From a virus, in the IMG/VR virus record IMGVR_UViG_3300038758_000056: 44,187 nt of DNA. One strand, written 5' to 3'. Of the stretch, positions 17,039 through 26,114 are shown in pieces. A program made the translations under genes and the position numbers. Every line of letters begins with the position of its first letter. Within the stretch, counting starts at the first letter, position 1. The notes under the pieces were generated by a model. That model worked only from the letters and a program-made list of their open reading frames with translations. It made no database searches and was not told the DNA's origin.

Positions 17039-18590
17039 CACGATAGACCACCACCCTATAAGATTTGATTACTCAGCAGAGTGTAATCTGGTTGACCATA
17101 ACTGGATGCAGTACGCGGAGTATGGGGACGTTCAGCAGTTTCAATTAGAGATAGGCCCGTGCGCTTACGAACAAAACGCTATAAGTAACGGTTCGTTTAC
17201 GTCATCAAGTGATTGGACAATATCAGGCTCTACGTTTACAATCGATACGGTAAACGGTTGGGCGCAGAAAGTAACCGGAAGCGCGTCTAATATACGCCAA
17301 ACGTTACCAAGTGCTGACGATGTTTATTGGAGGGTTACAATGGACTTCGTTGTAACTACAGGGCAATTTGCGGTAACATACGGAACGGAGGTTAACATAG
17401 TTGATTCTAGTGGGTCTTATGAGTTTTGGATAACAGCCGACTCGGTTACTTCTTTGATAGTCTCCGCTGACGGTGCTGCTTCAGGAACGTTTACTAATGT
17501 AGTCGCAGTCCCGATTAACCTGAACTTCGAGGTTTATGTAGTAGACGCGAACGGGACAACCCAACACACTTACGATAAATCTGATTTCAACTTTACTAAC
17601 CAATGGGCTACACTTGGAGTTGATTGGCAGGATATAGCAGTAGGCGAGGGGTGTTACACTTTACAAGTATCAGACCCGTGTAATTGTGTGCAAGGTGGGT
17701 TTGTGCAAGAAGATTTCGAGACTGATACAGGGGCTTGGTCAACTGATAGTACATGGACAATCTCAGGCGGTTCAGCCGATTTCAACGGGTCAAGTGCAAC
17801 GGGTCAAGCCCTTATGTCTGGTGTGCTTTGCGCGGGGACTGAGTATGAGGTAGAATATACCCTAGCTAATATGGCGGGGAATACGTTTTACGTTCAGTTA
17901 GGTTCTGCAACAGGCACAACCCAAAATAGCAACGGTACGTTTACTGAGACGATCACATGTACTAACTCTTCATCTTTCAAGATGGTTGGCGGTGGTCTTA
18001 CATCTTCTCTATCTGTTACAGACCTGACAATAAGAGCAACCGCGCGAACGGTTCAACATACAAGTGTACCTATTCGAGTTCTTGAAAGCGCAGCCGACTG
18101 TACCCACAAGATTACAGTTTGCAACGATTCGGATGGAATGGGTGCTGGCTTTGAGTTTACAGGGTTCAGTCCAATGCTTAGAATCGGCTGTCAGTACGCT
18201 CACGGAGGCGCAACGGCCACAAGAAATAGTTATGAGTTCAGCACGGGCAAGAAGTCGACAACGTATTACAGAGGCCGCAAGAACAAGTCTCTAACGTTTG
18301 CAGCCCCTAGCTATGTACACGACTTCATGATTCACTTAGGAGGCTACGACCACGTTTATATTGACGGTACGGAGGTGTTTATTGAAGACGATGAATACCC
18401 TACAATAAGTTGGAATAAAGAGACTGATATGGGTGGGGTTACGCTTACGTTGAGGGAGAAAGATGTGTTGATTGAGAATAGAAGAAAGTCGAGCAAGGTA
18501 GAGGCTTGCGACCCTAACGGAAACCCGATCACAACAGGAAACAATGAAATCATATTCCTCCCAGACGGAGGAAGACTAACAACAGGATAA
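17031..18590 (+). CDS. Tail-tip or receptor-binding candidate with two similar modules
   Basis: Internal repeat of a motif (SSSDWTISGSTFTIDT and TDSTWTISGGSADFNG). Position follows the Dit-like gene. Confidence 0.4.
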   Translation: MANTIDHHPIRFDYSAECNLVDHNWMQYAEYGDVQQFQLEIGPCAYEQNAISNGSFTSSSDWTISGSTFTIDTVNGWAQKVTGSASNIRQTLPSADDVYWRVTMDFVVTTGQFAVTYGTEVNIVDSSGSYEFWITADSVTSLIVSADGAASGTFTNVVAVPINLNFEVYVVDANGTTQHTYDKSDFNFTNQWATLGVDWQDIAVGEGCYTLQVSDPCNCVQGGFVQEDFETDTGAWSTDSTWTISGGSADFNGSSATGQALMSGVLCAGTEYEVEYTLANMAGNTFYVQLGSATGTTQNSNGTFTETITCTNSSSFKMVGGGLTSSLSVTDLTIRATARTVQHTSVPIRVLESAADCTHKITVCNDSDGMGAGFEFTGFSPMLRIGCQYAHGGATATRNSYEFSTGKKSTTYYRGRKNKSLTFAAPSYVHDFMIHLGGYDHVYIDGTEVFIEDDEYPTISWNKETDMGGVTLTLREKDVLIENRRKSSKVEACDPNGNPITTGNNEIIFLPDGGRLTTG

Positions 18591-19117
18591 TGGCTACATC
18601 AATATCACAATTACCAAGCGCGTCAACGGCAGAGATAGTCGATGGTGCTGAGATCATTATAAACACAACGGACAACGAAACTAAGACTACCACTTTAGGA
18701 CAGCTAAGAAGCACGTTCTTTTGTGAGACACTTTGCACGTCTGTTACTATTGCAAGTGCTGATGTGTTGACCCTAAATTCAACACCAGTTGAGCTTATAT
18801 CCGCGCAAGGTGCTGGAACGGTCATTGAGATTATAAGCGCGTTTTATCAGTTTGACTTCAATTCGGTATCATACGCTACTAATACAGACCTTTACGTTAG
18901 GCACGCAACAACATCTTCGTTGGTTGCTATAATGTCAGGAGGCCTTGCCGTTAACGATAGCACCCCGACTAAAATGGCATTAAAGAGTTCCGCTTCCCTG
19001 GTCACTAAAGATATGCCAGCAAACACAAAGATTGAAGCCTACACACCAACGGGCAACCCCACGGCTGGGGATTCAGATCTTACCATACATCTTTTTTACA
19101 GAGTAGTCACACTCTAA
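18590..19117 (+). CDS. Putative tail fibre-like structural protein
   Basis: N-terminus ISQLPSASTAEIVDGAEIII..T.KTTTLGQL resembles fibre N-termini. Weak call. Confidence 0.35.
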   Translation: MATSISQLPSASTAEIVDGAEIIINTTDNETKTTTLGQLRSTFFCETLCTSVTIASADVLTLNSTPVELISAQGAGTVIEIISAFYQFDFNSVSYATNTDLYVRHATTSSLVAIMSGGLAVNDSTPTKMALKSSASLVTKDMPANTKIEAYTPTGNPTAGDSDLTIHLFYRVVTL

Positions 19118-19120
19118 TGA

Positions 19121-20035
19121 ATGGCACTACCAAAGCGGTTAGCCGACATATTAAGGGAAAAGAACGAACGGTTAGAGTCCGTCCCAGATGCTTTCGTGAA
19201 TCAAATGGTATTGGTTCAACGAGAGATATTAGCGGAATTAACCACAGCCCTTGGTACGTTAGACAGAAGCGGAGGTTTTATAACTCTGAATCAAAGCAAT
19301 CTTATACGAGTAGAGGAGATAAGCAACCTGTTAGAGCAGTTGTTCACATCACAAGGCGAGTACCTTGAGGCCGTTGCTGGTTTAGCTGAGGAGTTTGACA
19401 CACAAGCCCTTATAAACGATAACTACTTTAAGGAGCTAGACATTGACTTTACCGCGCCTGTAATAGCTGAGGAAGTGTTCTTAGCCCGTAAGGCCGAAGC
19501 GTTAAACCTTTTACTTGGCGATGGAATAAGTGCGACCGTACAAGCTCCGATAAGAAGGGAGCTGGTCAACGCTGTAACATCGGGCGCAAGCTACACAGAC
19601 ACTTTAGTAAACCTTCAAGAACTGATAAACGGAACGCCTGAGAGAGATGGGCTGTTAATGCGATATGCCAGACAAACGGTTAGTGATTCGTTTGCAATTA
19701 CCGATAGGAGTTACACATCCACCATTACCGAGGAAGAGGGTTATGAATGGTTCTTGTATTCGGGTGGACTGATGGACACTACTAGACCGTTCTGTAAGAC
19801 CAGGAATGGCAAGTTCTACCACAAGAAAGAGGTAGAGGCTTGGGGCGAGTTAGGGGATTGGCAAGGCCGAATGAAGGGAACGGATAAGCGAACTATTTTT
19901 GTGACGTGCGGAGGCTACAACTGCCAGCACTCAATTCAGCCTGTGAGCGTCTTCGCTGTTCCTAAAGTAGATATAGAAAGGAATATCTCAAACGGTAATT
20001 ACGAGCCGTCAGCGGTTGAGGCTGGTCTATTATAA
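19121..20035 (+). CDS. Mu F / SPP1 gp7-like head morphogenesis (minor capsid) protein
   Basis: C-terminal WFLYSGGLMDTTRPFCKTRNGKFY matches the D.R.C..C..L.GK.F core of the family. Unusual location after the tail genes. Confidence 0.55.
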   Translation: MALPKRLADILREKNERLESVPDAFVNQMVLVQREILAELTTALGTLDRSGGFITLNQSNLIRVEEISNLLEQLFTSQGEYLEAVAGLAEEFDTQALINDNYFKELDIDFTAPVIAEEVFLARKAEALNLLLGDGISATVQAPIRRELVNAVTSGASYTDTLVNLQELINGTPERDGLLMRYARQTVSDSFAITDRSYTSTITEEEGYEWFLYSGGLMDTTRPFCKTRNGKFYHKKEVEAWGELGDWQGRMKGTDKRTIFVTCGGYNCQHSIQPVSVFAVPKVDIERNISNGNYEPSAVEAGLL

Positions 20036-20066
20036 AAACCCCCGAACGCTACCAAACGTCCGAGGG
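20034..20066 (-). terminator. Intrinsic terminator for the minus-strand 20152..20739 unit
   Basis: Minus sense: CCCTCGGACG - 8 nt - CGTTCGGGGG (8/10 pairs) followed by TTTTT. Confidence 0.45.
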
Positions 20067-20151
20067 TAACTGAAGAAAGAACTGAGCCGTAAAATTACAC
20101 AACTGCGGCCAAATCTCACTACGCGAGTATTTAGCCATGTGTTGTATTTAA

Positions 20152-20499
20152 TTAACCCCCCCCTCGCCAATCTCTGTTGTGCTTACTTAATACCTCTCTT
20201 CCAATTTTTCTCACGGCTTCACAATCTTCACCCTGCATTTTTAGTCGTGCTATTGGTGTGTCAAAGTACCCCATTAGGTTATGTATGCAATCCAGTAATT
20301 CCTTATCGGGGTTTAACTCCGTTCGTTCCTCACTTAATACAACATCAGCTAAAGCATCAGAATTAACTTGTTCTAGGCGGTCGCAGTATGCTTCTAGTTC
20401 TTTTACAAATCTCATAACATCCGAAATAGGCACATTTGTCTCAACGCCTTTGTCAGTCACTTTTGGCTTTCCGTAATATTCTAGTTTTGGTCGTTTCAT
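20152..20499 (-). CDS. Hypothetical protein
   Basis: ORF; ends in a G8 run on the sense strand. Confidence 0.6.
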   Translation of the reverse strand: MKRPKLEYYGKPKVTDKGVETNVPISDVMRFVKELEAYCDRLEQVNSDALADVVLSEERTELNPDKELLDCIHNLMGYFDTPIARLKMQGEDCEAVRKIGREVLSKHNRDWRGGG

Positions 20500-20547
20500 C
20501 AGTATCTATTTAACCGTTAATACCGCTGTTTAGCTGCCTCCGTTGTG

Positions 20548-20739
20548 TCAATTCCTCACAAGCACGTTAACAGGTTCTCTACCCTCCTTAATCAACAAAA
20601 GGTCTGAATACTTAGCCGCTGCCCTTTCGCCTTCATCGGTTGGCGGGAATAGTTTAGTCTTACTTCCCACCCTTGCTTGCCAGAACCTACGCCCTTGGTA
20701 TTTAGTCCATCGAATGTACTTGTAATCACTTTTACTCAT
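20548..20739 (-). CDS. AP2-domain DNA-binding protein
   Basis: YKYIRWTKYQGRRFWQARVGSKTKLFPPTDEGERAAAKYSDLLLIKEG follows the AP2/ERF-type pattern (Y.G......W.A.......lG.F.t.e.AA.aYd). Confidence 0.55.
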   Translation of the reverse strand: MSKSDYKYIRWTKYQGRRFWQARVGSKTKLFPPTDEGERAAAKYSDLLLIKEGREPVNVLVRN

Positions 20740-20743
20740 TCGG

Positions 20744-20751
20744 CAAACATA
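20744..20751 (-). promoter_or_regulatory. -7 box TATGTTTG placed 4 nt before the ATG of the AP2 gene
   Basis: Perfect TAnnTTTG on the minus strand. The spacing implies a leaderless or near-leaderless mRNA. Confidence 0.45.
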
Positions 20752-20753
20752 AT

Positions 20754-20836
20754 AAAAAAAGCCCCAACTCTAGGTTAGGGCTAAAGCGGGGAGAAAAACA
20801 AGTAAAACCCCCGCAACGATGAACACTTCAAAGTTA
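20754..20836 (-). ncRNA. Candidate sRNA of about 70 nt (promoter box, two stem-loops, U7 tail)
   Basis: Minus sense: TAACTTTG box (20836..20829), stem GCGGGG/CCCCGC (20814..20786), stem GCCCTAAC/GTTGGGGC (20781..20761), then TTTTTTT (20760..20754). No ORF. Confidence 0.3.
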
Positions 20837-20860
20837 GATAATAATTTGTATTATTGACGC

Positions 20861-21526
20861 ATGATTCACATTGCAATGATGCACGTCCCTAGAGACGTTG
20901 AAACATTACCAGAGGCTTATGAGTCTGTATTGGATAAGTTTACTCACACCGAGGTATTTATCTCAGTTGACGGGCCGCACGACATAGGAACAGGCGGACA
21001 CACAATGCTAGTCGAGAAATATGTTAGCCAGTTGGGATGCTTTAAGCACTATGCAAGAACATTAAGAGAATTGGTTAATGGCAGTAAGGATGGTGATATT
21101 GTAGGCGTTCTACCCGATGATTTAGTGTTCAAATACAATATAGAAGTTCAGAAGACAATTGAACAAGCGTTGAACCCCGACTTAGTAGGTTATTGCGCTG
21201 TTTACACTCCGAGAGAGTTAGGTCGAAGAAACAAGTGGAAGAACGGAGGATGGCAACCTGTAGCGGGTGGGTGGGATTCTAGTTACGGAGGCGGTTACTT
21301 TTTCAGAAGAGAAGTAGCTCAGAAAGTACTTGAACACCCGTTCTTTATCAATCACAGAGACAACTACGAAGCGAATCAACAGATTGACCATTGCATACCG
21401 CAAGTGATGCACGAACTAGGGTTGAAACAGTTGTTTCACGTACCTTCACTATCTAAACACATAGGAATGACAAGCACAATAGGACACGTACACACAGAAG
21501 CAGAGGACGCATGGGGATGGAAATAA
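20861..21526 (+). CDS. Putative GT-A fold glycosyltransferase-like protein
   Basis: Leading beta-strand IHIAMM and a DxD-like VLPDDLVF. Weak call, supported by neighbouring GT genes. Confidence 0.35.
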   Translation: MIHIAMMHVPRDVETLPEAYESVLDKFTHTEVFISVDGPHDIGTGGHTMLVEKYVSQLGCFKHYARTLRELVNGSKDGDIVGVLPDDLVFKYNIEVQKTIEQALNPDLVGYCAVYTPRELGRRNKWKNGGWQPVAGGWDSSYGGGYFFRREVAQKVLEHPFFINHRDNYEANQQIDHCIPQVMHELGLKQLFHVPSLSKHIGMTSTIGHVHTEAEDAWGWK

Positions 21527-21673
21527 GCGCGATTAAATCTATTCATGTTTGTAAAAGCAATGATTTATTTCTTATCCATGTTGGGTTTAAGCACTATGAT
21601 TTAGGGCTTCAATTACATGGGTGGGGATTGAGAATAATGTTAATATGGTGGCACGTTTGTGTGCATATTAGAG

Positions 21674-22297
21674 ATGAAGATTAGTATCATAATTCCATAC
21701 GTTAAAGACAGAGGCTACTTGTCTGAGGCCGTTGAATCAGCGGAAGAGGCTATTAAATTCGCGGACGTTGAAGGTGAGGTAATACTAAGCCAATCGGACA
21801 ACGGGGTGAGCTACAACCTGAACAGAGGCATAGAGCGCGCTAAAGGCGAGTTTATAACCTATCTATGCGATGACGACCTACTACCACCAGAAGCGATTAA
21901 ACACACGTTAGAAGGCATGAGGGGTTACGACTTCATTCATGGAAACTCAAACTGTATTTACGAGGATAATTTCACCTTCAAAGAACCGAGGATAAGAAAG
22001 TGGAAACCTGAGATAAGACGACCCAGGTTAAAGGATATGCTACAAAACAACTGTATCCACGGCGGAACGGTTACATATCGAGCCGACTTAACAGAGGGTG
22101 AGTGGTTTGATGAAGAACTTTGGACGGGTGAAGAATATGACTTTAATTTGTGGTTATTAAGTCAGGGTAAGAGTATCGGTTACATTGACGCTACTTTGTA
22201 CACTTACAGACACCACGCCACTCAAAAGAGTAAGCAAATGAATAACCAGAGCGAACGTAGAATTGCTATTGACGCTATTAAAGACAAGTACCGATGA
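21674..22297 (+). CDS. Family 2 glycosyltransferase
   Basis: ISIIIPYVKDRGYLSEAVESA ... GEFITYLCDDDLLPPEAI is the typical GT2 N-terminal domain. I take the ATG at 21674 rather than the GTG at 21659. Confidence 0.75.
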   Translation: MKISIIIPYVKDRGYLSEAVESAEEAIKFADVEGEVILSQSDNGVSYNLNRGIERAKGEFITYLCDDDLLPPEAIKHTLEGMRGYDFIHGNSNCIYEDNFTFKEPRIRKWKPEIRRPRLKDMLQNNCIHGGTVTYRADLTEGEWFDEELWTGEEYDFNLWLLSQGKSIGYIDATLYTYRHHATQKSKQMNNQSERRIAIDAIKDKYR

Positions 22298-22396
22298 CCA
22301 ACAAACTAGCAAACCTATACTTACAACTGAGCCACGCGGTCAATCCTATTAAGCGGTGGAATCTCAAGAACCAGATACAAGCGGAACTATTAAAAG

Positions 22397-22594
22397 ATGA
22401 CAATAAAAAACGAGTTCGATATTGACCAGATTGTGTATCTCAAGACAGATAGAAACCAAGATCCAAGAATGGTTACGCAATTAGTAGTAAGCAAATCAGA
22501 AGTTCTTTATGGGTTGTCTAGCGGGGTTGAGTTTTCAGTTCACCATGATTACGAGATAAGCGCAGAAGAAAACACTTTAATGAGAGTAGGATGA
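22397..22594 (+). CDS. Hypothetical protein
   Basis: ORF overlapping the next gene by 4 nt. Confidence 0.5.
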   Translation: MTIKNEFDIDQIVYLKTDRNQDPRMVTQLVVSKSEVLYGLSSGVEFSVHHDYEISAEENTLMRVG

Positions 22595-23292
22595 AACGCT
22601 CCGCAAACATAGCTTCCTACCCAAGCCGCGAAGATTGCTTATTAGAGATGCTTGAAAGCATTAAAGGTCAATTCGACTACACGCGGGTTTATTGGAACGG
22701 TAAAGACGCTTCTTTTATTCCTGAGTGGGTTGAGGTAATGAACCGAGACGGTGATTTAACCGACCTTGGTAAGTTTCGGTTTCTGGTTGGTAACGGATTT
22801 CCAAGAGACAAGCACGAGTATTACTTTACACTAGACGATGACCTTATTTATCCTGAGACTTACGCAGACGATATGGTTTCATCTATCAAAGAACATGGTT
22901 GTATAGTCACACACCACGGGCGAAGGTTGCTAGGTAAAGGGTTGCCATATTACAAAGGCCACGAGCTTACAATGTGTTTGAACGCTAACCCAACAGACCA
23001 CAAAGTTGACGTGGGTGGTACGGGTGTAATGGCTTTCAACACTCATTATTACAGGCCGTTGATATTCAGATATTCGCGGCAATGTATGGCCGACCTTGTA
23101 TTGGCGGAGGATGCTAGCCTTAAGGGTAAAGACATCGTTTGTTTAGCGCACCCATCGGATTACTTTGGCTATCTCAATCCGAAGGAAACGATACACGACA
23201 CCGAACACAGAACAGACCAACAGCGACTTATAAGGGTTGCCGATAAGATATTCCAGAACAATGCAACACGTAATACTAACCCGATTCAATAA
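22591..23292 (+). CDS. GT-A fold glycosyltransferase
   Basis: NIASYPSREDCLLEMLESI ... YYFTLDDDLIYPETY (DxD motif). Confidence 0.55.
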   Translation: MKRSANIASYPSREDCLLEMLESIKGQFDYTRVYWNGKDASFIPEWVEVMNRDGDLTDLGKFRFLVGNGFPRDKHEYYFTLDDDLIYPETYADDMVSSIKEHGCIVTHHGRRLLGKGLPYYKGHELTMCLNANPTDHKVDVGGTGVMAFNTHYYRPLIFRYSRQCMADLVLAEDASLKGKDIVCLAHPSDYFGYLNPKETIHDTEHRTDQQRLIRVADKIFQNNATRNTNPIQ

Positions 23293-23827
23293 CGGTATCT
23301 ACGACCGTCCTGACGCTGACGAGTGGATGAACCACCGTTTAGAGTTGTTCAAAGCAACTAAGGAATCTGTGTTAAGTCAGGACGCTGCGTTTGACTGGGT
23401 TGTTTCATTTGACCCTAGAACGCCACAAGATTTAATGGATGAGCTTTGTCCATTCCCAGTCATGTTTCCCGTTACGGATTTAGTTCAAACATTTCAACCT
23501 GACGGATGGTTGCTATCTACTAGGCTAGACAATGACGATATTCTATTGCCAGGAGCGTTAGAGGAAATCCAAACAGCGGCCAAGATGTTTAAAGGCCGTG
23601 AAATGGTAATTGATATAGATTACAGAAAGAGAGATTCTAAGGGCGTTTACCCTTCAAACAGGCCACGAGCTAACAGTCCGTTCCTAAGCCTTATGAGCGA
23701 CCGCAAAAACTGCTATTGTCGGCCTCACACGTTTATGCCCGATGACTTCCCGTCATACAAGGTTGATAAGGTCTTAGCTGAGATGGTTATCCACGATAGG
23801 AATGTGGCCAATACGGTCAACTCATAA
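23261..23827 (+). CDS. Putative rhamnosyltransferase-family glycosyltransferase
   Basis: VILTRFN...DEWMNHRLELFKATKESVLSQDAAFDWVVSFD...STRLDNDDILLPGALEEI resembles the Rhamno_transf family. ATG at 23261 preferred over the TTG at 23237. Confidence 0.5.
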   Translation: MQHVILTRFNNGIYDRPDADEWMNHRLELFKATKESVLSQDAAFDWVVSFDPRTPQDLMDELCPFPVMFPVTDLVQTFQPDGWLLSTRLDNDDILLPGALEEIQTAAKMFKGREMVIDIDYRKRDSKGVYPSNRPRANSPFLSLMSDRKNCYCRPHTFMPDDFPSYKVDKVLAEMVIHDRNVANTVNS

Positions 23828-23839
23828 CGATAAATTGTT

Positions 23840-23847
23840 TAATTTTG
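23840..23847 (+). promoter_or_regulatory. -7 box TAATTTTG upstream of 23921..24469
   Basis: Perfect TAnnTTTG, about 70 nt upstream of the ATG. Confidence 0.4.
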
Positions 23848-23920
23848 TAGTGTCGTTAGAAAGTTGCCGAAACTACTCAAGGCAATAAAACAGAGTATTT
23901 ACATCTAACATTCATTTGAG

Positions 23921-24469
23921 ATGGGTTGTACTAATTACAACTGCTCTGATATTTCTCCACAGGTATTGAATGATTGCGGTAATCCGCTAGAAGGTGGGTT
24001 TGACCAAGCTGTAGTCTTTGACTGCGATGCTACGACAACCGACTTCACTAACGGGATTACGATAGCGGCTGATATAGCTGCGGGTCGAGCAATACTCTAC
24101 AAGAACATCAAGGCAGGAATCGAAGCAGCTTCTCCGAATGAGATAGACGTTATGGTAGCTGGTCAAGAAGCACGGGCCGTCAACTATTCGCGTACTGCGA
24201 CTTGGGTTGATGCGAACGTGAACACTTCGAGTTCGGCAGCTTATGACACCTTGGATGCAACTTCTGGAATCACAGCTAAGGCCGTGTTGTTTCACCTCGC
24301 AAGTGGTGATAACGCTGTTTTGGTTGATCCTCCAAAGGGAGCTATCTTCAAAGGTGGATTGATTGTACCAAATGACACTTCTGACGCGGCTCGTTACGAG
24401 TACACGGTTGCATGGAAAGACCCAAGCAACCCTGCGATTCAGGCAGTGCCATCAGGCGTATTCTCATAA
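23921..24469 (+). CDS. Virion structural protein candidate (possibly the major tail protein)
   Basis: 182-aa ORF with its own promoter box and a strong terminator. No tube gene is visible beside the chaperone. Function inferred only. Confidence 0.3.
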   Translation: MGCTNYNCSDISPQVLNDCGNPLEGGFDQAVVFDCDATTTDFTNGITIAADIAAGRAILYKNIKAGIEAASPNEIDVMVAGQEARAVNYSRTATWVDANVNTSSSAAYDTLDATSGITAKAVLFHLASGDNAVLVDPPKGAIFKGGLIVPNDTSDAARYEYTVAWKDPSNPAIQAVPSGVFS

Positions 24470-24493
24470 GGAGTTGAGCGATCGACTTTGAGA

Positions 24494-24519
24494 GGGCTGG
24501 CTTATTGCTGGCCCTTTTT
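24494..24519 (+). terminator. Intrinsic terminator
   Basis: GGGCTGGC - ttatt - GCTGGCCC (8 bp including 2 G-T pairs) followed by TTTTT. Confidence 0.7.
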
Positions 24520-24584
24520 CGTTTGCTACAACTGCCGCTAAATTCCATGCTACGCACGTCTATTTAGCGAGGTGTTGGCGGTAA

Positions 24585-24950
24585 TTACTCCACCAACTTA
24601 GCTATGTAAGTATTTTTATCTTTCCAGCCATCAGCATACTTTTTAGCGTCATCAAGTGTTTCAAACTTGTTGCTAAGTTGTATCATGCCTTCAACCCCTT
24701 CGTCTGAACCGTCTTCAAAAACAATGTAACTACCGCCAACAATGGGTATAGCACATATTTTTACTACTTCATCGAGAAAACTATCAAAGTCTTCTTCCAA
24801 AAGGGCGTTGGTGTGTTTGCTTGTTCCGCTTGGATAAGTGCTTTTTACTTTATCCCAAAGTGCTAGTTTCAATTTATCTTTCATGTTATTTAATTTTAGT
24901 GTTTCAATTCCGTAAAAATACGATGCCATACCCGAAGCCGTTATATGCAA
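24585..24950 (-). CDS. Hypothetical protein (true start probably the ATG at 24884 or 24929)
   Basis: The ORF-track start is a TTG lying inside the conserved intergenic element. Internal Mets give MKDKLKLALWDK... Confidence 0.55.
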   Translation of the reverse strand: MHITASGMASYFYGIETLKLNNMKDKLKLALWDKVKSTYPSGTSKHTNALLEEDFDSFLDEVVKICAIPIVGGSYIVFEDGSDEGVEGMIQLSNKFETLDDAKKYADGWKDKNTYIAKLVE

Positions 24951-24953
24951 TGG

Positions 24954-25502
24954 CTACCATCCGTCCATCACATAGGTGATTTTACAATCACCCACAAAGC
25001 CTTTTTGGTAGTGTAAACATCCAACGGGGAAGCCAAATCCAAATCCGTGTTTACTGCCTCCGCCCATATACACTATCTCTTTTAACCCACCGTATTCAAG
25101 CACCATCTTTTGTACTTTGTTGCTTTTAAAGGCTTTGGCTATCGGCACAAAGAACACAACATTGTCAGCAATAGAAAATGCCTTTTGAAGAAAGTGGTCA
25201 TAAATACTGTAAGGTGGGTTTGTAATTATCCAATCTACTTTCTTATCCCAATCAAAGAAGTCAAGTCCTTCGTCAATTTCACATCTGTATTTATTCTCGC
25301 TTTCAAATAAATCGTAAAAGGCATTTTCCCCAGCAGCAGGTTCTAAAATTGAGCCTTGTGGTTTAAAGTAATCTACAATCCATTTTGCTGTTGTGTTTTT
25401 AGTAAACACTCTGTCAGCAGCAGTAGCCGTCTTTGTCTTATTCGGCTTTGTTGGTGTTCCATTTCTTGTCATAATTTCATTTTTAATTAACCGCCACAGC
25501 AT
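24954..25502 (-). CDS. N6-adenine DNA methyltransferase, gamma-like class (start probably the ATG at 25472)
   Basis: Motif I ILEPAAGENAF and motif IV IITNPPYS. Confidence 0.8.
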   Translation of the reverse strand: MLWRLIKNEIMTRNGTPTKPNKTKTATAADRVFTKNTTAKWIVDYFKPQGSILEPAAGENAFYDLFESENKYRCEIDEGLDFFDWDKKVDWIITNPPYSIYDHFLQKAFSIADNVVFFVPIAKAFKSNKVQKMVLEYGGLKEIVYMGGGSKHGFGFGFPVGCLHYQKGFVGDCKITYVMDGW

Positions 25503-25569
25503 ATAACACAGAGTATAAATAACCCTACGGGTCGCTATCGCTTATTCATACCCACGTCCGTTATGCCCC
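25499..25569. repeat. Palindromic intergenic unit U2 (YAAC - L arm - loop - L arm - GTTR)
   Basis: GCATATAAC aca GAGTATAAATAA [19 nt] TTATTCATACCC acgtcc GTTATGCCCC. L arms complementary at 10/12; AAC pairs with GTT. Confidence 0.8.
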
Positions 25570-25571
25570 AT

Positions 25572-26114
25572 TTAAGAAAGCACCTCGAAAACGAATTTGC
25601 TTGGTAATAATTGACTGCATAAATAAATGCTTTTGAATGTAGCACCTTTTTTAATTACACCGTCTTTTATATAGTTAATTCGCTTATCAAAAACCATTAT
25701 TTCAAAAGGATTGTTTTTTAGCATTTCATACCTTTTCTTAGTATCAAATAATCCACTTTCATTTATCAATAAAGCAAATGGTTTGCCTATCAAAAATAAC
25801 CTATCTAAAATCGGTGTTCTTAAACTATATGGTGGGTTGCTAATAATGTAATCGTAATTTTGTGGCTCATATTCAAAAAAGTTTTTACCGTCTTCAATGT
25901 GTCCGTAAATTACAGTATTCCCATTTTCTCGGAGCAACTTTACAAAATTACTTTCTTCTTTATCAAATGGACACCATACAGTTTTATCACTTGGGATGTA
26001 TTTCAATAATGGCTTTATAGCATATTCAAGCGTATAAAATTCGTCTGATTTATTTATTTTGTCTTGTGCAAATTCGTGATTCATAAAATAAAGAATAAAA
26101 ACGGGGCATAACAC
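25572..26114 (-). CDS. EcoRI-methylase-like adenine DNA methyltransferase (start probably the ATG at 26084)
   Basis: SDEFYTLEYAIKPLLKYIP..KTVWCPFDKEESNFVKLL...YDYIISNPPYSLRTPILDRL matches the EcoRI_methylase-type family. Confidence 0.7.
   Translation of the reverse strand: MLCPVFILYFMNHEFAQDKINKSDEFYTLEYAIKPLLKYIPSDKTVWCPFDKEESNFVKLLRENGNTVIYGHIEDGKNFFEYEPQNYDYIISNPPYSLRTPILDRLFLIGKPFALLINESGLFDTKKRYEMLKNNPFEIMVFDKRINYIKDGVIKKGATFKSIYLCSQLLPSKFVFEVLS

Noticed and set aside
19117-19368. An 83-aa ORF overlapping the start of the Mu-F-like gene in another frame.
   Set aside because: The 304-aa frame beginning at 19121 carries the conserved family motif. The 19117 frame is Arg/Ser-rich and ends early.
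20158-20165. A C8/G8 homopolymer at the 3' end of ORF 20152..20499, considered as a phase-variation tract.
   Set aside because: It encodes the terminal Gly residues directly before the stop, so a length change would alter only a few C-terminal residues. There is no sign of a second frame being opened.
23786-23800. A DnaA-box-like TTATCCACG that might be a target for the DnaA-domain-IV-like proteins.
   Set aside because: It is a single 8/9 match inside a coding region. No cluster of boxes occurs anywhere, including the 7.4-7.8 kb gap.
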